From Deltaproteobacteria bacterium (lineage in GTDB: Bacteria; Myxococcota_A; Polyangia; Polyangiales; Houyiibacteriaceae): a DNA stretch of 64,000 bases. This document shows positions 19,390-28,997 of this stretch, piece after piece. The notes below the pieces were generated by a model. It saw only the letters and a list, made by a program, of their open reading frames with translations. It ran no database searches and was not told the DNA's origin. A program made the position numbers and the translations under genes. The stretch is from positions 1-64,000 of the forward strand of contig JAXMNT010000003.1 in assembly GCA_034670305.1 (NCBI GenBank), given 5' to 3'. Within the stretch, counting starts at the first letter, position 1. Each line of letters opens with the position of its first letter.

Positions 19390-20972
19390 TGCGCACCCCC
19401 GGCCGCGTCGAGGGTCCCGCCGAGGATGCGCAGAATGGTCTCGACGTCGCCACCGAGCGCATCGGTCAGAAGCTCCCGGGTGCGTTCGAAGATGATCTCG
19501 CTTCGGGCGTTCACCTCACGCCGCGTACGCACGAGTCCCACCTGGTCCATCACGCCGAACGTGACGCGGGCCTCGTGTTCCCCGGTGCCGAGGTTGTGTC
19601 GGTGGTAGGCGCCGCGGCGCCGCAGCTCCTCACCCACGCCGCGGAAGAGGCCCGCGTACTGATGCAGCGCCTCCATCACAGCCGGCCTGCGACGCAGCTG
19701 GGTGCGAAGCCAGCGGCCCTCGAGGTGCTGATCGCGTGCGTACGAATCGAACAGGAGGTTGTAGTAGAGCGCCGTATCAAAATAGACCTTCGCTCGAAAG
19801 AGCTCGAAGCTGCCAAACGTCGGGTAGAGGTCCTGGTAGATCACCAGGGTCGACTCGAACCGAAACTGCATGAAGTCGTCGTAGAGACGTCCCAGTTCAC
19901 CGACCTCTTCACCGGCCAGGTCCTTCTGGACCAGATCGGTGACGTAGTCGTTCTCCAGTGCGATGAAATCGGAACCCGGACTGTAGAACGGATCGGTGAA
20001 CGCTGCTGCGTCGCCGATGCAAGCCCACCGTCCACTGCCGTCGAAGAAACGTTTGGTTCGGAACGCGAGCTGGGTAAATGCCTCGAGGTCGAGCGTCTCC
20101 ACGTCCTCGGGCACCAGTTCTCGCAGCGCACGGTGTTCGTGAAGGGCGGCCAGAAACCCCGCGGGTTTGTGGAACGCGGGAGACCAAGAAGCGCGCTCGC
20201 GGACGAGACCGATCGACGTGATGCCGTCTCGGAGCGGAATGAGCCAGATCCAGTACCCGGGGTACATGAAGTGGTTCGTGCTCAACGCACGGCTCGTGAA
20301 CCGAGATCGCCGCCGCCACTCGTGGCCCACGTCAGGCGCTTCGGGGCTGAACTGCATCGGATCGTCGATGTCGTGCACGCCGCGAAAACGGCCCCACGCG
20401 GCAGCGATGCGGTGGTCGGTCTCTCGAACCCGAAGGTCCTCGGCCTTGGCGATCAGGCTCTCGCGCCCGGTCGCGTCGATCACCCAGCGGGCGGCCCACT
20501 CGGTCTGCGTGTCGTCTTCGGTCACGGTGAACCGATGTCCCTTCGCGTCCAAGCGAAGATCGGACACCGACGCCGGCAGGTGCACGTCGACGCCATCGGC
20601 CCGGTTCATCTCGATGAGGTCCGCTTCGAAGCGCGCCCGATCGAGCTGAAAGCTGGGATAGGGCGGCAAGCCGTGCGTGCCGATCTCGCTCATCTCCGTG
20701 AGCGATGCGTCTTTTTGGGGCGAGTCGAAGAAGTAGCGCAGACCGTTCTTCGGCAGATGGTTCTTGTAGACGTAGGTCGACAGATCCACCCGCGAGATCA
20801 GGTAATGCGTCGCGATCTCGACGGTGGACTCGCCGACCTTGAAACCGCGGGTCTCGGAACGCTCGAAGAGCGCTACCGAGGCTCCTGGTACCTTCCGGCG
20901 CAGCTGCCGCGCCAACAAGTTCCCCGCGAGGCCACCCCCGAGAATGGCGATGTCGACCCTCCGCTCAACCAT
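19386..20972 (-). CDS. Flavin-dependent halogenase-family protein 1
   Basis: GGGLAG, KVGESTVE, HLPKNGLRYFF, WIWLIP (WxWxIP), GDAAAFTDPFYSPG. Confidence 0.8.
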   Translation of the reverse strand: MVERRVDIAILGGGLAGNLLARQLRRKVPGASVALFERSETRGFKVGESTVEIATHYLISRVDLSTYVYKNHLPKNGLRYFFDSPQKDASLTEMSEIGTHGLPPYPSFQLDRARFEADLIEMNRADGVDVHLPASVSDLRLDAKGHRFTVTEDDTQTEWAARWVIDATGRESLIAKAEDLRVRETDHRIAAAWGRFRGVHDIDDPMQFSPEAPDVGHEWRRRSRFTSRALSTNHFMYPGYWIWLIPLRDGITSIGLVRERASWSPAFHKPAGFLAALHEHRALRELVPEDVETLDLEAFTQLAFRTKRFFDGSGRWACIGDAAAFTDPFYSPGSDFIALENDYVTDLVQKDLAGEEVGELGRLYDDFMQFRFESTLVIYQDLYPTFGSFELFRAKVYFDTALYYNLLFDSYARDQHLEGRWLRTQLRRRPAVMEALHQYAGLFRGVGEELRRRGAYHRHNLGTGEHEARVTFGVMDQVGLVRTRREVNARSEIIFERTRELLTDALGGDVETILRILGGTLDAAGGAQ

Positions 20973-21086
20973 CCGGTCTTCTTAGCGCGAAGCGGGGGCG
21001 GCACAAAGAGCTTCCGTGCAGTGGGGCCTGGCAAACCGCCGGGTGAAGCAGGAGGGGCGCCAACCGGGAAAACGCAGAAGCGGACA

Positions 21087-21512
21087 CTAGCCGCGGACGA
21101 CGGCGGCGCCGCTGGCCACGTTGATGTTCCCCGTCGCGATGGTCTCCCCATCCCGTTCGAGGCGGCACTTGAACTGCGCCAGGTTGCCCGCACCAAAGAC
21201 CTCTTCGGCGAAGATCTCCAGGACATCGCCTTCAAGCAGGCGGTCCACGGTGGCGTCGAGCATGCGCGCGCCGAGCAGGGCCCCTTCCACGAACGGTTGA
21301 TCCGAGTGCGCAGCACGGTTCGCCATGAAGACCGCGGCGGTCTGGGCGAAGAGTTCGATCGCGATCATCGGGGAGGCGGCCCCATCGCGCAGCAAAAGAA
21401 AGTCGGGGCGGAGGGTCGTGCGGGTGTGGACGCGCTGGGCATCGACCGCGACAACCGCATCCAGAAAGCACATGGGCCCGCGGTGGGGAATGCGGGCGAG
21501 CAGGTCGGTCAC
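21087..21512 (-). CDS. Hotdog dehydratase partner (ApeP-like)
   Basis: IPHRGPMCFLD, IELFAQT, G.LLG.R. Confidence 0.8.
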   Translation of the reverse strand: MTDLLARIPHRGPMCFLDAVVAVDAQRVHTRTTLRPDFLLLRDGAASPMIAIELFAQTAAVFMANRAAHSDQPFVEGALLGARMLDATVDRLLEGDVLEIFAEEVFGAGNLAQFKCRLERDGETIATGNINVASGAAVVRG

Positions 21513-21808
21513 GCGGCGGGGAGCGGCGTTTCGGGTTCCGGATCACCGCGCTCGGCTGCGACCAGTTCCGACTTCACGAACGCCACGAGTTCTGCAACCG
21601 TGCGGATTTCTTTGGCTTTTTCCGGATCGGGGCGCCGGCCCGTCACATCTCGGAGCTGCACGAAGATGTCGACGGCGTCGATGCTGTCGAGATCCAGCTC
21701 CTCGTACAACGTGGATTGGGGCTGGATGGTCGAAGGATCGAGCTCGAACGAATCGGCCAGGATCTCGACAATTTTCTCGTGAATCTGTTCGGTGGAAAGT
21801 GCAGCCAT
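21509..21808 (-). CDS. Acyl carrier protein
   Basis: LYEELDLDSIDAVD (phosphopantetheine Ser), IRTV. Confidence 0.92.
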   Translation of the reverse strand: MAALSTEQIHEKIVEILADSFELDPSTIQPQSTLYEELDLDSIDAVDIFVQLRDVTGRRPDPEKAKEIRTVAELVAFVKSELVAAERGDPEPETPLPAA

Positions 21809-21994
21809 GGGAAGCGCCCCTCTTTAGCGCGGATAGAGCCCCTCGCAAGTCGCATGCCCAGTTCGTCAAAACGGGTGCCTGCGGGGAAAGACGGAGGTCC
21901 GAACCAGAATCTTCAGCGGTGCCTCCGGGGCGCGTGTGAACCGCTCTTCACGGCACACGTCTCTCTCACTTCTGGTTCACATGTGGTCTCGCGT

Positions 21995-23767
21995 TCAGAC
22001 CTGCGCGTTGTGGACGACGCTCGGCTGGGATGTCGCCCGACCGAGCGCACGGTCCAGCAGGGACAGGAGCGGCGTGTCGGGCACTTGGCGGCCGATCGCC
22101 CGTTCCATGTCCCGGGCCACCGAACCGATGCCTTCCAGACGCGACCGCCGGTCCAGCGCGTCGGACCCGAAGCGTGGATCGTCGAAGTGCAGGTCCCATC
22201 CCGCGTCGATGCCAGACAGGCGGGCGAACTCGTCCACGCCTGCCGAACCCACCGATCGCAGGGCGTGCACCAGCACCTCGGTGACGAGGTGGCGTCCCGT
22301 TTCGTAGTCGGCCTCCATCTTCGCGAAGGTGGCGTCCGGGTCGAGGGGATTGAGAATCGCGCGGTGCTGGTCCAGCAGCACCGAGGGAAAACTGGGCAAT
22401 CCGATCCAGGACTTGGTGTTCCGGTGAATCGCCGGCTCGGCCGCCGCCCATGCCTCGAGGATCGACTGGGCCCGGTGGTTCAGCAGGTAGAAGCGCTCCT
22501 GGAGCGTCCGGAAGCGCGCCAAACACGCGGCGTCCTCGCGCCAGATCTCCTGGACGAAGTGCGCGGTCATGAACGCCCAGTAGTTGAAGAAATCCCACCA
22601 CAGCTTGGCACCGAGAATGTCCGCGTGCGGGAACATGGCACCGTTGTGGCTCAGGGTGCGCGAGGCATCCTGCGAGAGCTGCAGCCACAGCGCGTTGAGT
22701 TCTTCGATCACGGCTGGATTGTGCCGCCCGGCGAGATCGTCGGAGATGGCGCGCGCCGTGTAGGCGTTGCTCATGACGAGAAAGTCCCCGCCCAGACTGT
22801 AGAGGGGATCGACGAACGCGGCGGCCTCGCCCACGCAGCTCCACCGGTCGGCGGACATCATGCGCTCGGTGAGGTAGCTGTAGTCGCGCCGCACCTGAAA
22901 GTCCTCGCGCACCAGGTGCGCGATCCGAGCGTGCAGACGCGGTTCGTGCGCTTGCAGCCAAGCCATCAGCCGCTCCGGTTTGTGAAACCCGTCGAAGGGG
23001 TGGTGCGCGGCATCCGCGACGAGGCCAATGCTGGTGAACCCGTTGCGAAGCGGAATGATCCACACCCAGTACCCGCGCCCCACCAGGTGCACCGTCGACA
23101 ACCACCGCACGTCGTCCACGTCGCGCCGGTGCCACTGGGTTTCTTCGACCGGCACCAGCTCCGACACCTTCACCCGCTCCGCCACCCGAAACCAGGCGCC
23201 GCTCTGCCGGTTGGGGCTCGGCCGGCGGAGATCGAGTTGTTTCTGTAAGATGCGGCGGCGACCGCTCGCATCCACCACCCACCGGGCTTCGAGCACCCCC
23301 GCATCGGTGCGAACGCGGTGGGGGGTCTCGCCGCTGCGAATCTCGACTCCGCGCACCGAGACCCCTTCGAACAGCATCACCCCCGCGTCTTCGCACCGTT
23401 GCCGCATGTCCGACTCGAAGCGGCCGCGGTCGATCTGGTAGCTGGGCACGAGCGGAAACTCGACCGGCCCGATCTCGGTGCGATCGGAGAGCGCACCCGC
23501 GGCATCTCCGACGAAGAACCGAAGCCCGTTTTTCTTCAGGTGCCGAGTCTCGAGTTCTTCCTTCAGGCCGAGGATCTCCCCGTAGTAGTGGGAGGCGAGC
23601 TCCACGCTCGACTCCCCGACCTTGTGGGCCCCCTCTCGCAGCGGCCTCCGGGTCCGCTCGAGCAGCACGATGGAGGCCTCGGGGTTCTCGCGCCGAAGTT
23701 GGTAGGCGAGGGTCAGCCCCGCAATTCCTCCTCCGCAGAGGACGACGTCGGCGGATGTAGGCAGCAT
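21995..23767 (-). CDS. Flavin-dependent halogenase-family protein 2
   Basis: GGGIAG, KVGESSVE, HLKKNGLRFF, WVWIIP, GEAAAFVDPLYSLG; start refined to MLPTSADVV. Confidence 0.8.
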   Translation of the reverse strand: MLPTSADVVLCGGGIAGLTLAYQLRRENPEASIVLLERTRRPLREGAHKVGESSVELASHYYGEILGLKEELETRHLKKNGLRFFVGDAAGALSDRTEIGPVEFPLVPSYQIDRGRFESDMRQRCEDAGVMLFEGVSVRGVEIRSGETPHRVRTDAGVLEARWVVDASGRRRILQKQLDLRRPSPNRQSGAWFRVAERVKVSELVPVEETQWHRRDVDDVRWLSTVHLVGRGYWVWIIPLRNGFTSIGLVADAAHHPFDGFHKPERLMAWLQAHEPRLHARIAHLVREDFQVRRDYSYLTERMMSADRWSCVGEAAAFVDPLYSLGGDFLVMSNAYTARAISDDLAGRHNPAVIEELNALWLQLSQDASRTLSHNGAMFPHADILGAKLWWDFFNYWAFMTAHFVQEIWREDAACLARFRTLQERFYLLNHRAQSILEAWAAAEPAIHRNTKSWIGLPSFPSVLLDQHRAILNPLDPDATFAKMEADYETGRHLVTEVLVHALRSVGSAGVDEFARLSGIDAGWDLHFDDPRFGSDALDRRSRLEGIGSVARDMERAIGRQVPDTPLLSLLDRALGRATSQPSVVHNAQV

Positions 23768-23929
23768 CACCCCGATATAGCAGCGGCCTGGGACGCCAGC
23801 ACGGCGGCTGTGCGGGTGTCCCGGCTGTCGCCGATCTGTGGCCGATGCTGCCCTGCGACGCGGCGTGACTCCGCGATTGTCTCGCCGCGGCGCTGGCACC
23901 CACCCGCCCGCGCACCGTATCTTCCCGGG

Positions 23930-26599
23930 ATGAAGCGTCTTGCATTCCGTCGACTTCCCTCCCGGCTCGGACTGATCCTCGTGGTCGCATGCGGTTCGTG
24001 TAAGGAGGAGGCGCCCAACGTCGAGACGCCGGTGACGGCCCAGGCCCCGCTCCTCGAGCAGACCGGTGCGCTCGCCCCGGGGCAAGGTGCCGCCGGTCGC
24101 GCGACATACGACGTACCGGTCCAACAGGGGGACCAGCTGCAGATCGTGCTCACCTCGTCGGCGTTCGATCCGGCCCTCGAAGTCACGCCGCCCGGCGCGG
24201 GTGCGCTGCGGAACGACGACTGGCAGGGGAGCCGCGCGGAGTCGCGCTTGCAGGTCGTGGCCGCCCAGACGGGCGTGCTGAAGGTCACGGTCACGAGCCC
24301 AAGCGTCGCGGCCGCCGGCGCGTACCAAATCCGGGTCGACCGAATTCCGGCCGTGGTCGCGCAGACCGCCGCGCCGACGCTCTTGCCGCCGGGCGGCAGC
24401 CACACCGGGGAACTCGCCGCCGGCGACGAGACACTGCCCGACGGGCGCTTTCAGGAGCGGGTGGTCCTGGCGGGCGCAGACGCAGGCGCACTGCAGCTGC
24501 AGGTCCGGGCGACCGGTCCGATCGCGCCAATGGTGATCGTCGTCGACCCGTCCGGTCGAGCGATTCCAGGCACCGATGGTGCGTACTCGATCGTCATGCC
24601 GGGTCCGCACCGGGCGCAGCTGTTCACCGCGCAGGCCGGACAGACCGTGGGCTATGAGATGACGCTTCAGCCGGTCAGCGCGGCGGTAGCGGCCGCGCCG
24701 ACCCTCAGCCGGAACCACCATCAGTTCCCCACCCAGACCACCGGAACCACAGTGACGGTCGGGCAGTCGGTCCGAGGCGCGCTGTCGCCCGGGAGTGCGG
24801 CGCTTCCGACCGGTGAACCTGCAGACGTGTACCTGCTTCAGGGAACGCCCGGACAGACGGTGCGGGTGGAGCTCCGCTCGGACGCGTTCGACAGCTACCT
24901 GATGGTCGTGGGCCCCAATGGCCAGCACTGGGAGAACGACGACTCGGGCGGCACCCTGAGTTCGGCCATCGACGTGCCCCTCCCCGTGGCGGGCGCGTAC
25001 CGGGTGGTCGCGACCGCGTACCGAGCCGGCATGGCGGGCGCCTACGAACTCAAGGTCTCGGACGCCCGCGCCGAGCCCACGGTGGCGCAGCAGCAGGCGG
25101 CCGGCGGACCGCAGGTGGCCAGCACGCGCACCATCGACGGCGCACTCGCCGCGGGCGACACGACCTTGCCCTCCGGCGAGTTCGCCGACTTGCACGAACT
25201 GACGTTCGCGGCGGGTGAACGGGTGCACCTCGAAGCGCGCAGCACCGCGTTCGACACGTACCTGATCGTGCGCGAGCCGGACAACGAGCAGCACGACAAC
25301 GACGACGGCCCCGGCGGCACGACGAACGCCGTCATCGACTTCGTCGCGCGCCAGAGCGGCGTGCACCGAGTGACCGTCACCAGTTACCGACCCGCGGAAG
25401 TGGGCGCGTACCAGCTGGCGATTGGCGGCTCGAACGCAGGCGCGGCCGGACAGGGCGCGCAGGTCGCCGCGAACCCGTTGCCGAACGCCAACGCGAACGC
25501 CGGCGCGGCCGCGGTAACCGGCGACTCGGTTCAGGGAACGCTCGCCGCCGGGGACGGAGCACTGAACTCGGGCGAGTTCCGCGACGCCTACACGCGCGCC
25601 TTCACCGCCGGTCAGCCGGTGGCGATCCGCCTCGAGTCTTCGGCGTTCGACCCGTACCTCATCGTGACCACCCCGAGTGGCCGGCAGATGGACAACGACG
25701 ACCTCACCCCGTCCACGCGCAACGCCGGCGTCGACATCCCTTCGGCGGAGAATGGGGACTACCAGATCCTCGTGACCAGCTACGAAGCCGGCGAGACCGG
25801 TCCGTACACGCTCAACTTCGGCGCCGGCACCCCGATTCCGCGACCGAGCAACGGGGGGGGCGGCGGCAGCGCAGGCGGCGGTCAGGTGTTCGGCCTGTTC
25901 GCCGGCATCACCGACTACCCCGACGGCGTCGGCGACTTGCCGGAGTGCGCGAACGACGCGGTGAAACTGGCCGAGGCGCTGCGCGAGGCGAACCTGCTCG
26001 ACGAGAGCCGGCAGGTGCTCCTGACCGACGCGCAGGCGACCGTCGCCAACATGCGCGCTGGGTTCGCGCGCCTCGCGTCTCAAATGGGACCAGAAGACAT
26101 CTTCGTCTTCTTCTACTCAGGCCACGGCGGGCAGCGGGAGAACTCGAGCGACCCCCGCGAGATCGACGGAACCGACGAGTACATCTTCCTGCACGACGGC
26201 CCGTTGCTCGACGACGAGATGGGAACCTTGTTCGGCACCGTGAACGCGCGTCTGTCGGTGGTTGCGCTCGACGCATGTTTCTCCGGCGGCTTCGCCAAGG
26301 ACGTCATCACGCAGCCTGGACGCATCGGGTTCTTCTCGAGCGAAGAGGACGTGCTCAGCGCGGTTGCCGGCCAGTTCCAAGCCGGTGGCTACCTGAGCCA
26401 CTTCATCCGGCTGGCGATGACCGGGCAGGCGGACGCCTCGCCGCACGACCAGGTGCTGACCGTCGGCGAGCTGAGCCACTTCCTCTACACGCAGTTCGGA
26501 CAGCACGCGACGGACGTGCAGCTGCAGGGGGCCTACCAGCACCTGGTCGTGGACCGAGGTGCGGTCCACAGCGACCAGGTCTTGTGGAGCTACCGGTAG
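23930..26599 (+). CDS. Exported (lipo)protein with about five PPC-like domains and a C-terminal caspase-like (peptidase C14) domain
   Basis: Signal with VACGSC; repeated S.AFD.YL....NDD...G.Y domains; GITDY, CANDA, FFYSGHGG (His), LDACFSGG (Cys). Confidence 0.85.
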   Translation: MKRLAFRRLPSRLGLILVVACGSCKEEAPNVETPVTAQAPLLEQTGALAPGQGAAGRATYDVPVQQGDQLQIVLTSSAFDPALEVTPPGAGALRNDDWQGSRAESRLQVVAAQTGVLKVTVTSPSVAAAGAYQIRVDRIPAVVAQTAAPTLLPPGGSHTGELAAGDETLPDGRFQERVVLAGADAGALQLQVRATGPIAPMVIVVDPSGRAIPGTDGAYSIVMPGPHRAQLFTAQAGQTVGYEMTLQPVSAAVAAAPTLSRNHHQFPTQTTGTTVTVGQSVRGALSPGSAALPTGEPADVYLLQGTPGQTVRVELRSDAFDSYLMVVGPNGQHWENDDSGGTLSSAIDVPLPVAGAYRVVATAYRAGMAGAYELKVSDARAEPTVAQQQAAGGPQVASTRTIDGALAAGDTTLPSGEFADLHELTFAAGERVHLEARSTAFDTYLIVREPDNEQHDNDDGPGGTTNAVIDFVARQSGVHRVTVTSYRPAEVGAYQLAIGGSNAGAAGQGAQVAANPLPNANANAGAAAVTGDSVQGTLAAGDGALNSGEFRDAYTRAFTAGQPVAIRLESSAFDPYLIVTTPSGRQMDNDDLTPSTRNAGVDIPSAENGDYQILVTSYEAGETGPYTLNFGAGTPIPRPSNGGGGGSAGGGQVFGLFAGITDYPDGVGDLPECANDAVKLAEALREANLLDESRQVLLTDAQATVANMRAGFARLASQMGPEDIFVFFYSGHGGQRENSSDPREIDGTDEYIFLHDGPLLDDEMGTLFGTVNARLSVVALDACFSGGFAKDVITQPGRIGFFSSEEDVLSAVAGQFQAGGYLSHFIRLAMTGQADASPHDQVLTVGELSHFLYTQFGQHATDVQLQGAYQHLVVDRGAVHSDQVLWSYR

Positions 26600-26688
26600 C
26601 CCGAGCGCGCCTCAGCGGCAGACTGGGCACCTTCAGCCACCGGTGACTGCGTGACAACGCCCTACGTGTGCCGCCGTTGACGCCTCCG

Positions 26689-27006
26689 TTAGGCCGTCCG
26701 GTGGATGATGTGGTAGCCGAACTGGGTCTCGATGATGCCGCTCGTCTGACCGACTTCCATGCCGTAGGTCGTGTCTTCGAAGGCCTTGACCATCTGGCCC
26801 TTGCCGAAGGTGCCGAGATCGCCGCCCTTCGCGCCCGACGGGCAATCGCTGTGGGCTTTGGCGAGGTCTGCGAAGTCGGCGCCGCCGGCCAACTGAGTCG
26901 CGAGATCCGCGATCTGCGTCTCCGCTTCGCTCTTGCTCCGCGTGGCCGTCGAGCGGGAGGAGCCTTGGTACATGAGAAGAATGTGGGACGCGCGAACCGT
27001 AGACAT
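26689..27006 (-). CDS. Parvulin-type peptidyl-prolyl isomerase
   Basis: VRASHIL, FADLAKAHSDCPS..KGGDLG.F..GQMV..FE, ETQFGYHII. Confidence 0.95.
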   Translation of the reverse strand: MSTVRASHILLMYQGSSRSTATRSKSEAETQIADLATQLAGGADFADLAKAHSDCPSGAKGGDLGTFGKGQMVKAFEDTTYGMEVGQTSGIIETQFGYHIIHRTA

Positions 27007-27191
27007 GGGAGTTCCTTTCGAGAACGGCGTTCACCCATGGCCCGCCCCCGAGGGGTCCGGGGTCGATCGGGCGCCGCCGAAGAGCTGACCGTCTAGCACG
27101 TTCGGGCATCTTCGGGGAACGCTGGGTCGGGAACGCTTTCCGTCGGTGTGCGGGCGTGACGTCGGGCGGTTCGCCGTGGCAACATGGTCCC

Positions 27192-28997
27192 ATGCTTAAA
27201 TGGGTCCTCCCCCTCTCCGTGCTCGTCCTCGCCAGCTGCGCCGTGGATCGTTCTGGCCTCGAACTGGTCGACGGTGGCCGGGCCGATGCGGGAGACGCTG
27301 GGCTCGTGTGCCCGCCGGGCTACGTAAACGCCAACGGCGACCCTTCTGATGGATGCGAATGCCAGTTCATCGCCGACCTCGACGTGTGCAACGGGGTGGA
27401 CGACGACTGTGACCCGAGCACCGCCGACGGATCTGAGGATCCGGATCTCGGAGTCGAATGCGATGGTCGCGACCCGGACTTCTGTGCCCGTGGTCGGACC
27501 CAGTGTGGCGCCGGTGGCGAAGTGGCGTGTCTGGACGACCTCGCCTCGCCCGAGCTGTGCGACATCCCGGGCGTAGACGACAACTGCGACGGAGCCGTCG
27601 ACGAAGGCTGCGCATGCACCGGCACCGAGAGCCGACCGTGTGGCCTGTCCGTCGGCGCCTGCATGGAAGGCCGCCAGGAGTGTTCGGGCGGCGTCTGGTC
27701 CGAGTGCACCGGCGGCATCAACCCCATCGACGAGCTCTGCAACGGACTCGACGACAACTGCGACGGCGTCGTCGACGAGCCGTGGCCCGGCCTCGGCGCG
27801 GCCTGCACGGCGGGCACCGGCGCGTGTCGGCAGACCGGCGAACGGATCTGCAACGCGGCGATGACCGGCACGATGTGCAGCGTCTCCGGCGGTGCACCCA
27901 CGACCGAACTCTGCAACGCGATCGACGACGACTGCGACATGGCGGTGGACGAAGCGTTCCCGACGCTTGGCGACGCCTGCTCGGACGGCGCCGGCGTCTG
28001 CGCCATGACCGGGACGATCATCTGCGGACTCGACGGCGCGTCCCGGTGCAGCGCTTCCGCGGGGACCGGCGGGGACGAGATCTGCGACGCCGCCGACAAC
28101 GACTGCGACGGCAGCACCGACGAGGGGTTTGGACTCGGCTCCGCCTGCTCCGCTGGGGTCGGGGTCTGTATGGCCTCTGGCACCGTCGTGTGTGATGGCA
28201 GCGGCGGCACGCGCTGCACCGCCATGGCCGGCACGCCCGGCACCGAGAGCTGCAATGGCGCGGACGACGACTGCGACTCGTCCACGGACGAAGGCACCAC
28301 CGCCAGCTGCATGGTGTTCTCGTGCTCCGGCACCATGCCGTGCGGCGGCGGCACCTGTACGGTGCCGATGGATCCGGAGTCGTGCAATGGATCGGACGAC
28401 GACTGCGACGGGAGCACCGACGAAGGCACCACCGAGCCGTGCACAGTCGGGACGTGCACCGGCACGATGCCGTGCGGCGGCGGCACCTGCAGCGTCTCGT
28501 CGATGCCCGAGACGTGCAACGCGGTCGACGACGACTGCGACGGCAACATCGACGAAGGCGCGGGCACCTGCGGCTCGGGCTGCACCGTGGTGACTCGAGC
28601 CGCCGATGGCCACACGTACATCCTGTGTCCTGACATGAGGGTCACCCGCACAGAGGCTGAAGACTACTGTGCGGCCAGACCTGGCTATGGGCTGCTTAAA
28701 GTGGAATCCGCGGGTGAAAACGACTTCTTGATTGACCCCGTGGCCACACTCGAGACGCCGGGTCGCACATGGTGGCTGGGGCTGATGCGGGATGGGGCCG
28801 GAGATTGGCGGTGGGAGGACGGTTCGATCGGTCCACCAGGCGCAGGGTTCGATGGATGGGTGTCGGGCAGCCCCGATTCGGGAGATGCGGACGAGTGCAG
28901 TCGCTACACCGGAAGGCAAGGTGGCTCACGCCGCGCCGAGTGGCTTCAACGAGGGTGCGGCGACGATAGCCGCATCATCTGCGAGGCGGCACCCTAG
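27192..28997 (+). CDS. Surface lipoprotein with 8 CxxxDDDCDGxxDE (MopE-related) repeats and a C-terminal C-type lectin domain
   Basis: Lipobox LASC; repeats; HTYILC...AEDYC...LLKVES..EN.FL...WWLGL...WRWEDG...W..G.P...C...W...C...ICE. Confidence 0.85.
   Translation: MLKWVLPLSVLVLASCAVDRSGLELVDGGRADAGDAGLVCPPGYVNANGDPSDGCECQFIADLDVCNGVDDDCDPSTADGSEDPDLGVECDGRDPDFCARGRTQCGAGGEVACLDDLASPELCDIPGVDDNCDGAVDEGCACTGTESRPCGLSVGACMEGRQECSGGVWSECTGGINPIDELCNGLDDNCDGVVDEPWPGLGAACTAGTGACRQTGERICNAAMTGTMCSVSGGAPTTELCNAIDDDCDMAVDEAFPTLGDACSDGAGVCAMTGTIICGLDGASRCSASAGTGGDEICDAADNDCDGSTDEGFGLGSACSAGVGVCMASGTVVCDGSGGTRCTAMAGTPGTESCNGADDDCDSSTDEGTTASCMVFSCSGTMPCGGGTCTVPMDPESCNGSDDDCDGSTDEGTTEPCTVGTCTGTMPCGGGTCSVSSMPETCNAVDDDCDGNIDEGAGTCGSGCTVVTRAADGHTYILCPDMRVTRTEAEDYCAARPGYGLLKVESAGENDFLIDPVATLETPGRTWWLGLMRDGAGDWRWEDGSIGPPGAGFDGWVSGSPDSGDADECSRYTGRQGGSRRAEWLQRGCGDDSRIICEAAP

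Noticed and set aside
23768-26083. 1362-aa giant halogenase ORF
   Set aside because: The N-terminal part is the antisense shadow of the caspase-like gene; the Rossmann motif begins just after ATG23767
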